Positions 53,394-64,000 of a DNA stretch of 64,000 bases are shown piece by piece. Where the stretch lies: assembly GCA_021613535.1 (NCBI GenBank), contig CP075493.1, forward strand, positions 3,534,001 to 3,598,000, read 5' to 3'. Position 1 is the first letter of the stretch, and each line of letters starts with the position of its first letter. The notes below the pieces were generated by a model. That model ran no database searches and was not told the origin of the DNA. It saw only the letters and a list, made by a program, of their open reading frames with translations. A program made the position numbers and the translations under genes. The stretch is from Adineta vaga. Its lineage: Eukaryota; Animalia; Rotifera.

Positions 53394-55464
53394 TCATGGC
53401 AAATAGCCAAGAGTATGTTCGAGTGTTATTATCTGTTGTTTTTGGTGGCGTTGTTCCTCACCATAGAGATAAGCACTTCGATCAGTATGACGTAAATATT
53501 GTCTATAATCAATTGGTAATTCATTTTCGACATGTGGAAATGAAGTAACTCGTTTTGGTTTTGATGAAGTTGGAGAAAGAGTCGATTTTCCACAATGTTG
53601 TTGTTCATCTTGTGATTTGAATATATGAGGAACTCGATGATCATCATCATCATTACTACGATTGATTTCCATATCTGACATTCTATTTGAATCATTTTGA
53701 CAAATATTTACAATAGATTTTCTATAAAATAGAAAAGAAATAATGTTTTCTTCAATGTAAAGAAATTTTTTACGTTTGAGTTTTTCGTAATTGTTGAACA
53801 AGTGAATAAATATTTTGATCTTGATTTAAACATGGTGTTGATTGATAATGATTTTTATCTCTTATTGGTTTAACAGATAGACAATCTAATTTAAGAAAAC
53901 CATCAATTAATTGTCCATTACCTGAACGAAAGAAAATATTTTCATTACTATCTGATGAACGCATTGTAATATTTTCACGAAGAAATTTTGGTACATAATT
54001 TCCAATATCACCATAACGATTCAATACAATCTGTGGTCGTAATAGATGACCATCGATCATAGATGAAACTTTTTCTTGTGGCGAATTGTTATGTGCAGTT
54101 GGTATAGGATTTAATAGACGTTTTTTATGATGAAAATAACGTTTTTTATTCATTGTTGAATCATTTATAGAAGAGTTTTGATCAAATGATGCATGCCGTT
54201 TAATAGATGCTTGACTTTTCGATTCTTCAGTTGCAACAATATTCATTAATTCATTAACAATTTCTTCAGATTCATCTGGGATTAATGATGATGCTTTGAT
54301 AAAATGACGTTGTTTAGATGTTAAACATGGTGAAGACATTCGAGGAATGTTATTCTCTAAAGTTAATACTTTTGGTGTGTTATGAAACGAAGAAGAATGT
54401 AATGTGGATGATGACGACGACGACGACGACAACAGCGGCAAACAAGGATTACGAGAAGGATTTGTTATCGATCGATGGACATCAAGTAAATTAACATTTG
54501 TTATTGAATCATTATTCTAAACAAAACAAAAAGACATTCATTCGATAATGACCATATGACTAAAACATACTGATTGCTTTAATGTAACCTGTTCTGATTC
54601 AGATTCAGAATGATGTTCATTGTTTTGTGTATGAGTGATTGTTTGTATTCGCAATGATATTGGACTCATTGTTCGTTTAACGATTAACTTACGTATCATA
54701 TCACATAAGTGAAAAGCAGTCGTTTCACGATGAACAACAAATACATGGCAATCGAGAAGAGAACATGAACCTGTAACACCAGCTTTTCGAAGAACAAATA
54801 ATAAAAGTGATGGATCAGATAATGATTTATTTGATAGAAGTTTTCTATGAGATTTATTTACTGGAGAATAAAGTGAACGAAAACGTTCTTGATATTCACA
54901 ACCTATAGAGAAAAATTGTCGATAAAGAGAGAATGTTTTCTATAAAAACTTACCGAGTGGAAGAAATGCTACTTGAATAGGTTTTTGATTTGAATGTTCA
55001 TTATGCATCATGGAAAATTTCAAAATCTGTATATTAACAATAGATTCTAATTTTGCATAGATAAATGTACGTTTTGTTTTATTCATTTTTTCCGATTCGA
55101 ATATTAATATATCGGAATTTGAGATAAGAATACGACGTTTTTCATGCGTATGTTCTTGATTGTAAGAAATATATAATTCACGTAAAGGTTTTTGAAATGA
55201 TGTTAAATTTAAAGGAGATTTTCCAAGATATATTGCACCCAAATATGGTAATTCTATTGAATAAGGATTGGATGATAACATTTCGTCGTTATTGAATGAA
55301 GTTAAAGTTTGAGTTTGAATATTTCGATTCGATACGAATGACATTGGTAGACGCATTTGTACAAATGATGAGTATGACTTGTATGAACGTGTGAACCTTG
55401 CATATATATGTGAAGGAGACGGATGTTGAATTAAATGCCAAGAGAAGGATAACCTGTATGTCAT
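53394..55464 (-). CDS. PTB/PID-like domain protein with a long low-complexity C-terminus
   Basis: LPYLGAIYL..FQKPLRELY..ILISNSDILI..LLLFVLRK..LDCHVFVV..TAFHLCDMIRKL (PTB-like pattern); four exons joined in frame. Confidence 0.55.
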
Positions 55465-55873
55465 GAAATTGATTGAACAAAAGAATGAATCCGATTAAAT
55501 ATAAACGTGACTTCTATGCCAGACAATGGATTGAACTAGACTAATCTGAAACAATGAATGTAATTAGATGACACATGTGAGTATTTATCGTTGATCAAAT
55601 TCTTAAACGTGACAAAAGAATGAAGAGATATAATCGAAATTGTGTAGTTTAATTTCGCTCATAAAATCTTTTTCCTTTCACCTTTATATTTGATTACAAT
55701 AGCATTAGATGTCTGTTCAGATAGATATGATAGTCTTTGAATATTTTGATTTCAATTGAAAAACAAATCTGTGAAATTGCATATTTTATTTGAAAAATTT
55801 CATACATTTATATATAAATATTTCTATCTAATTCAATCACAAATAGAAATCAAATAATGTTTTGTTAGTTTCG

Positions 55874-57605
55874 TTAGGATGGAGCAACTTGATTCGATTT
55901 GATTTTATTCTTTCGTAGACGATATTCTGTTATTCCATAGCCACACATACCTAATGTTAAAAAGATCAATAGAATAATTAAAGCTATTCTTATTCGAATA
56001 AAAGGTGTAATGATATAGAACAGAACAAAACCACTCGATTCCCAAAGACGATAATTCGAAAATGCTGCTTCATCTTTTTCAACAAATAAGACACCATAAA
56101 ATGCATTGATCTGTGTTTGCCATACAGCATCGGCTAAACCCCATAGACCAGCTAAAATAAACAGAACATAGATTTGATTTTCTGATGGTTTCCAAATAAA
56201 CATCGTAATAATTAATGAATAATTAATAATCGCAGCAATAATAAAACATGGCCAACGGCCAACATATTTAACTAATTGACCGAAACTAAGACTACCAATT
56301 GAATCACATATTCCATATGCAATTAAAACTAAACCAACATATTTGGCATTGAGAGTACACGAAACAAAACCCTAAATGAAAAAGAAAATATATGTGAAAG
56401 AAAGTACATAGATTTTGATTTACTTTTGTAAATTGTGCACCGAGAAATGATTGTTCAAGTCCTGACCAAATTGTTAATGGAATTAGAAGTAATTGATTAA
56501 CATTACGCATATGTTTAACAGTTGAAACAAGTAATATGACAGATCGACGAAGCATTACTGAGATTTGTTCTAAACCATAAACATCATTGTCTTCTATTCT
56601 AGATTCATCTTGAATTTTAACTACCTTTCGAAGATTTTCGACGTTGATCAAGAAAAATAATCACTGTTATTATTGAACAAAGACATATACAAATATATAC
56701 AATACAAAGAATATTAATCTAATGGAAAGAAAAGAGATAGTGATATTCATATAAAGTTTCTTTCTATTCTTTCTTTTTACTGTTTTACGATCAATTTGAT
56801 TCCACACTGCAATACCTTTGTATTCTTGTTCACTAAAATCCACTCCACATTTATTATATTTTTCATTAGAATCTACAACTGTTCCATTTGTTTCAATTTC
56901 TTTTGGTTTAAGTACTAAATATGATATTAAATTTCCCCATACTTGACCTAGAAGAAAGAAAGCATTCTTTAGTTCGATATCAACTATAAATCTTTTAGTA
57001 AACAAACTTGATTGAAAAAACATAAAAAATATACCAAAAAATCGATTAACAATAATATCTTTATGCACAAGTTTACTTTCTGCATAGATCGTTCCTGTAT
57101 CTGTTAAATAACTACATTTCGATGTCCATAATGGTGCAGCACCTAATCCAACAAGTGCTGCGGCTAATAGAAAAAAAAAGACATCAAAATATTCTATCAA
57201 TTCTGCTTCCTTACCTGGATACATCAAATATCCTTTGGGATAATAATTCGCTGCTACATATAAAAGATATGGAATTTGACAGATAACAAGTGTCCATTTA
57301 ACTCCAAATATAGCTATCAATGGATGTGGTAAAAATATTGCAGAAAATATTAAACATGCATATATGATTGATAGAGAATTGACACCAACATTGGCTTCCG
57401 TATTTAATGAACTTTGTAAATTTCCGATGGCACCAAATGCTGTAAATTGAAGAAGAAAAGCCATACAAAGTACAAAGAGATTTTTATATGTTTGAAAACG
57501 AAGCTGTTTATTCGCGACTGGAAGATTGACTGCACTTTGATCAACATCGGCAATTGTTCGATCAAGTTGCGATTTTAATTCAATATCCGATATAACTGAA
57601 GACAT
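55874..57605 (-). CDS. UNC93A: UNC-93-like protein A (MFS membrane protein)
   Basis: KNLFVLCMAFLLQFTAFGAIGNLQSSLN, GAAPLWTSKCSYLT, RFFGIFFMFFQ, VWGNLIS, QLLLIPLTIWSGLEQ, LWGLADAVWQTQINAFYG, EAAFSNYRLWESSGF. Confidence 0.93.
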
Positions 57606-57924
57606 GATTCTCTTTTTCAAATTCAATCTTTTTAATTCAAAGTTATATATATATATATATATATCAATTCTATTTTATGACTAGAGATAATGACGATAGT
57701 TTAAAGTGGATAAAACGGTAAATATCTTTACTTATTTTGTCGTTCGAATGAATTTTTTTTCTTTTTCTCCGTTGTAGGTGTGTTTTAATATATAACCTTT
57801 AACGATTAGACAGATCAAAGATACTATATCTCTTTATTTTCAACAATATAATAAAAACAAAATCAAGTAATTTGAGACAGAAATCTTATTGAAAACGAAA
57901 AAGAAAATAACGAATAAATGAAAA

Positions 57925-59403
57925 CTAATTATCGAATAATTTCTTTACATCATCTTTGATTCTCTCTTGTTCTTCTGTAGATAAAGCAATACCATTCAAA
58001 TCATCTCGTAATGTCATATCAGTTAATTCATTAAAAACATTTTCATCTAAATACAATTGAAAATAAGATATAATCTCTTCATATTTGGCAACTTACGTTG
58101 TAACGGCATAAATCCAGCTAGTTCAATAGCAGCAAAATTACATCGTTCAAACATTTTTCCATCTATATTGATAGTATAAAAACTTCTGTTTTCTAAGAAA
58201 GAAATGCCTTACTAACAACTGATTGACGAATCCAGATAAAAATTCGTAATACGTCAATTGAGAATGAGGAAAATGAAACTCCTTTAGCAATCACTACATT
58301 GTGAGCAATATTACTTAAACTTAAATAATTTGTTATTTTATACACAGATCTAAACAAATAAGAAATATTATCGTTTGATTTTGTTAAAACTTTTACTCAG
58401 CAGTTCTCTCAAATTCTTTCACATGTTGACATTCGAATGCAAATGCTTGAATATCAAATGAATCTAATAGATAACAATTCGATTTCGTATGAAATAAAGT
58501 ACATTTCTATCAATTACACAAAATGAGATGCATGATGAGAAGAAAAAGAAAAACTTACGATAGTTTGTAGAAAGAATCGATCAGGAATATAAATACCATG
58601 CATATGCAACTACAAACAACAGAAATATCGTATTGATGAATGAAAACATCACTTACATGATTCATTGATGCATAACCACAGAGTGAATTAAAAGCAGCTA
58701 AAATATATGGATGAGCACTTGATACAACAAATTTCATACCAAATAATATACAATCGATGTTAAGAACCTATGTTGTGTTTCATTTTCATTGGAAAAGAAA
58801 TGATTCTATGTGATTACTTGTGATTGTTCAAGTTCACGATTAGGTACAAGTAAGACATGATATGGACGAATAGGTGAATTATTAATAATAACTAAATATT
58901 TATCTTTGTCTTGTTCATTATCGAATGAAAAAAGTATCTAAAATTTCATTGAAATTGAATTGTATCAAATCATTAGAACAATAACTTTACTTCAGCATCT
59001 TTTATTTTATTAAAATTAAATTTTTTTGAATCGAATGCTGATTGACATGTTCGAAAGGATATGGCGTACGACGTTTTTCATATCGATTAGGATTTAACTA
59101 TACACAAAAGAAGATCTTAGACAATGAATTTTCTATTGAATAACATCCTTTACTTCAATTATATAATGAAGATTATTTTCGTCAAGTATTCGTCGCTGAG
59201 CATCATGAGTAATTTCAAAAGTAAAAAGACCTTCAGTCACAGCACGATCCCATTCTGAACGTAATAAAATATCGAACTATGAATAAAAGTGATGGTGAAG
59301 ATAAACACACAATTGAACATATGAATCTTACTTCATTGAATTGTTCATTCTTCTGAGATGAAAAATGAATCGATTGAGAATGGAATTCGAAGTGTTTCCA
59401 CAT
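57925..59403 (-). CDS. GDPGP1: GDP-D-glucose phosphorylase 1 (HIT family, VTC2-related)
   Basis: Spliced: FDILLRSEWDRAVTEGLF, LNPNRYEKRR, FDSKKFNFNKIK, INNSPIRPYHVLLVP, FNSLCGYASMNH/LHMHG (animal-type HxHxH), NIAHNV, CNFAAIELAGFMP. Confidence 0.9.
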
Positions 59404-59674
59404 ATGAATTAAATTTTGTTCTTATTTTTTTTACTATAGAAAAAAAAACTTACAAACAATTGTAATTGGTTACTTTCAAACAAATCATTTCTATTTCTCA
59501 TATCTTACTATTGGTTACAAGTAGAATTCGTATTTAACCACATCGAAGTTTTTATTTCACTCGTGAGAAGAAATGAGTACTTGTTATTATTTAAAGTCAC
59601 GAAAAGAAAATATAATTTTTATGTGTGGAAATGTTTATGTTTTTGAAATTGAATCAATTATCTATATTTAGATA

Positions 59675-60835
59675 ATGACGTCTGCTATTCGACCACGTCT
59701 TTTAATAGTTCATCAAATACCATCGCAGTTTATTCGTGCACTTGAACGTGTCTTTGATCTTGATTATCAAGATACATCTGTACGATTCTCTCATGAACAA
59801 ATACTTTCACGAATTCGTGCACATCCACCGGATGCAATGCTTTTTCCAGGACAAACAAAAATTGATAAAGAATTATTATCAACAGCGGGTGAAAAATTGA
59901 AAATGTTAGCGACATTTTCTGTTGGATATGATCATATCGATTTAAAAGAATGTCAAAAACGTGGAATATCAATTGGATATACACCTGGTAGATGAATAAA
60001 AAGTCATTTTCTATTGAGTCTTATCAATCATTTTGAAGTTTTTAGGTGTTTTAAAAGATGCAGTTGCTGATTTAGCAATTACACTGTTATTAGCAACGTC
60101 AAGAAGAATTACTGAAGCAATGAAAGCTGTTCGAGTACGTATCGATGATCTGTATATTTTTGTTAATGAAAAATTTCATTAGAATGGACAATGGGGTCAA
60201 TCATCGGATATCATGTGGATGTGTGGCAAACCTTTAGTTAATACAACAATAGGTATTGTTGGTTTGGGTTCGATTGGATTAGCTATTGCACGTCGATTAC
60301 AACCATTTTCTATTCAACGTATTGTTTATTGTGGTACACGTGAAAAACAATTCGATTCGGAACAAGATAAGAAATTATTTCAATTTGTTCAATTTGAAGA
60401 ATTATTACGTCAATCTGATATCATTATTATTGCTTGTTCATTGAATGATAAAACACGACATATGTTCAACAAAAAAGCGTTTGAACAAATGAAAAATGAT
60501 GCTATTCTAATTAATATTGCACGTGGTGGAATTATTGATCAAGAAGCATTGTATGATGCTTTAAAAAATGATCAAATTCAAGCAGCAGGTAACAATTCAT
60601 TTTGATTAAAATCATAGGAAAAGAAGACGTCTCTTTAGGTTTGGATGTCACAACTCCTGAACCATTACCTACGGATCATCCACTTTTATCACTCGATAAT
60701 TGTACAATATTTCCTCATATTGGTAGTGCAGATGTGAATGCACGTCATCAAATGGCACAAATATGTGTTGATAATTTGCTTAATTTTTTCAGTGGCAAGC
60801 CAATGGTTCACGAACTGAAAACAGAGAACGTTTAA
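59675..60835 (+). CDS. GRHPR: Glyoxylate reductase/hydroxypyruvate reductase
   Basis: TFSVGYDHID, GYTPGVL, WMCG, GIVGLGSIG, INIARG, AAGLDVTTPEPL, FPHIGSA. Confidence 0.92.
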
Positions 60836-61116
60836 GATTTTAGTAAAGTAATAAAATCAGTATTAGAAAGTCTTCCTTTTTAATTATACTAAATAACATA
60901 TTATTAACTAGTTTTTTTTTTCTTGCAATAAATCCGTACTTTCATAGAAAATCTTTTCTGATATATGTCTAAGTTGATTGATTTGCCACATGTAAGATTA
61001 AGTTTGATAAGAAAAGAAAAAAAAATTATATAATTTATTTTCACATAGAACCAATCAATCATAAATAAAAAGATAGATTTTTTTAAGGGGAAAGAATATT
61101 TTTTTATAATAAGTTT

Positions 61117-64000
61117 CTATTTAAGCCATGCATCATCATGTACAGTTGCTCGACTACTAACTCCTTGCAATCGACTTTTTCCTTCGAAACGTTCAAGAAT
61201 ATCTCCTGCATCAAATCCTTGTCCATCATCTAATTCAATATGACGCAATTTACTCACACGATGATCACTTTTCTTAGCAATTCTCTATAAAAGAAAAATA
61301 AATTCATACATAATTTCTTTTCCCATCGAACATACATTTAATTCTTTATCGACCATATCAAGTGAATCAATATTATCATAAAAAGCAGGTAAACTATTTC
61401 CATATCGTCTTCGTCCAGCTAAACTTTCGATACTGGAACTGAATAATTCATCTGATATACCAGGTGGTTTTGGTAATGTGAGAAATTCTGCACTTGTTAT
61501 TCGTTTTCCTTCACCAATTCCACGCATAATTACTGAATCATCACGAATATAACTCGGATTTAATTCATCACCTTCAGTTGTTTTTAAAATATTTAATAGA
61601 ATATCATGTGTTAATGGTGCATCTCGATAATGAATACGAGCAACATCAAGTAAATCATCGGAACTTTCTCTTCGTTGTAAATAGAATGGTTGAGGTGGAG
61701 GTAAATAAGGCGGTGACGAATGATCAATTATACGAGTATGAGTTGTCGTAGTATCAGTTTGAATAGTGTCTCTTAGACGATTTTCTTTATCCCTTAATTG
61801 TCGTTTTAATTGCATAAGACGTCGAAGAACATCTGATTCTGATGTTTCACGTGGAATAGACGGAGAATGAATGCGAACTTTAATATCTATTTGAAAAAGA
61901 AAAACAATCAGATATACATAAATGTATAATATTCCATCCAGTTATCTAGTAGTTTTCTATCTAGATTTTGATTTAAATCTGTGTTTATGAGTTTACTTCT
62001 CGAAATCTATCTAATATTTTCAAAAAACAAAACTTTACTTCGTCTTCGTCGCTCTTCCTCTTCTTCTTCTTCAAGTCTTTTTCGTCTTCGTCGTTCTTCT
62101 TCATTTTCTTCCTCTAATCTTCGTTTTCGTTCTTCTTCTTCTTCTCGTTTTCGTCGTTCTTCTTCTTCCTCTAATTTTCGTCGTCGTTCCTCTTCTTCTT
62201 CTCTTCGTTTTCGATCTTCATCCTTTTCACGTCTTCGTCGCTCTTCTTCTTCTTCTTTTCGTCGTTGTCGCTCTAAATCTTCGATTTGTCGTAGACGATC
62301 CGCTTCAGCACGTCTTCGTAGTCGTTCCGCATCTTCTTCTTTTCGTAATCGTTCGATTTCCTCACGTTTTTTCAAACGTTCTGCCTCATCTTCATTTCGT
62401 TGTCGTGCTAATTCGTCTTGTCGTCGTCTTCGTTCCGCTTCATCGGCTTGTCGTTGTCGTTCTAATTCTTCTTCTCTTCGTTTTCTTTCAGCTTCTTCTT
62501 CTAATAATAATAATCGTCGACGTTCTGCCTCTTCTTCTTGTTGTTTTCGTAAAGCTTCCTCTGCTAATTGTCTAGCCAGTTGTTGTTCATATTGCAACTG
62601 CTTAAGACGTTCACGTTCTTCTTCAGCTCTACGTCGTGCTAATTCTGCACATCTCGTAAACGTTTTTCTTCGATTTGTTGTAATAAATCTTGTCGATATC
62701 TTTCTTGACGTCTGACTTGTTCTTCGGTTTTAAATGTACCATAGATGCCATTGAATATTGATCCACGTGCATAAGTTGGTGACGGTGGACGATTCTGAAA
62801 AAGAACGATTTCTGTTGCATTGAAATAAAACATATTTTGTTTAAACGAAAAAAAGGAGAAATCAAGTACTAAAACGATAAAAGATTATATTCAATTACTG
62901 GATCTCGTGGTGTTCGAGGTGATTGAAATTGTTGTGGCTCTGGTGCTCTTCTTGTTGTTGTACTGAAGTTTTCTGTACTTCTTGTTGTTTGTTGACCTAT
63001 TTGTAAATTATCAATCGGCCGTGGAGTCATTTGTTTAATTGGTATAGTCATATTAGATGTACCACCATTGACAATGACACGTCCACCAGTATGTGGAACA
63101 GGTGGTCGCTCAAGAATTTGAGCTAATTCATAATCAACAGCTACTCGTTGATTTAATCGTTCGGCAAGTAATGCATTTAATGCATTTAAATCTTGAGTAT
63201 ATCGTGCACGTGTTTCACTTGTTGAATTATGAACCGTGAGTTTTCGACTTTCTAAAAATTGAAAATAATATCTTTTTTACGATGATAGAAAATCTAAGAC
63301 TATACCAGTTTCTAATTGTCTAATTCGTGCTTCTAATTCATAAATTTGTTCATATAATTCTAAAATATATTCTTCACGATCACGAATATATTGTTCACTA
63401 TGTTGTTGTACTAAACGTGCTCGTGCTCGATTCCCTGCTAATTCAGATGTTACTGTTGATGATAAATCATTCATACTATGAACATTATGTATACTTGTAC
63501 CGGACGAAACATCACTCATACTTTGAGAATTCTGCATTCCTCTCGATGATGAAATATCATTCATACTATGAGCATTGTGTATTTTGCGTTGATCTTGAGA
63601 TCCACCGATAGTTTGTCCTTGTTGAAATTGTACACGTCGCGTAACATTACCACGTGGTGTATTCATCTGTTGAGCTTTTCTTCTTGCCATATTATGTAGT
63701 GATTGTAAATATTCATTATATTCACGTTTTAAATCATTATTTAGACGAGCACGTACTTGATCATGTTGACCGAAACGATCGAAAAAAGCGAAATAACTTT
63801 TCGTTTGTTCATCTGTTGAAAATGGTTGTTCTTGTTGATATTCCATTGTAGAATTGTTAGGGAAATAGGAAGATTGTTGAAATTGAAAATAAGATGATCC
63901 ATCACCAAATGGTTCTTCCTTATTATTTGATTGATTACTTGGTTGACCTGCGGTAGGCGGAGGAGGTGGATGAGGCGAAAGCGGGGGTTACCATTGCTTG
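61117..64000 (-). CDS. CSPP1: Centrosome/spindle-pole-associated protein 1-like coiled-coil protein; 5' end uncertain
   Basis: LKREYNEYL, SPTYARG, YRQDLLQQIEEKR, a long E/R/K-rich helix, LMQLKRQL, C-terminal IDSLD..RVSKL and DAWLK*. The frame stays open upstream of the ATG at 63846 to about 63987. Confidence 0.65.

Noticed and set aside
61981-62715. 244-aa Ser/Arg-rich plus-strand ORF resembling an SR protein
   Set aside because: Reverse complement of the GAA/CGA-rich charged-helix exon of the CSPP1-like gene.

Overview
Gene-dense, AT-rich eukaryotic (animal) genomic DNA with about 28 spliced protein-coding genes and very short GT-AG introns (mostly ~50-65 nt). Gene content, intron size and codon style suggest a bdelloid rotifer (Adineta/Rotaria-like); this is an inference. 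I rebuilt gene models by hand by joining the ORF fragments across splice sites. Family assignments come from recalled reference motifs, not database searches. Recognisable genes: SF3A1, SH2D4, UBFD1, CDCA3-like, PPIG, RagC/D, alpha-tubulin, GPI-type alpha-carbonic anhydrase, two TMEM107 paralogs, FoxD, calbindin, head-to-head HSP60/HSP10, UNC93A, GDPGP1, GRHPR and CSPP1-like. Most notable observations: (1) a CYK-4/RacGAP1 paralog with no GAP domain; (2) an intact CDK1/2-like pseudokinase; (3) a CARD fused to an APPBP2-like TPR solenoid; (4) a fungal/plant-type (NDT) mitochondrial NAD+ carrier, a horizontal-transfer candidate; (5) three same-strand gene pairs only 126-161 bp apart, each with a poly(A) signal next to an apparently unpaired 3' splice acceptor, which resembles trans-spliced operons; (6) a Rho GTPase without a CAAX box. 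I found no supportable rRNA, tRNA, transposon or CRISPR array.
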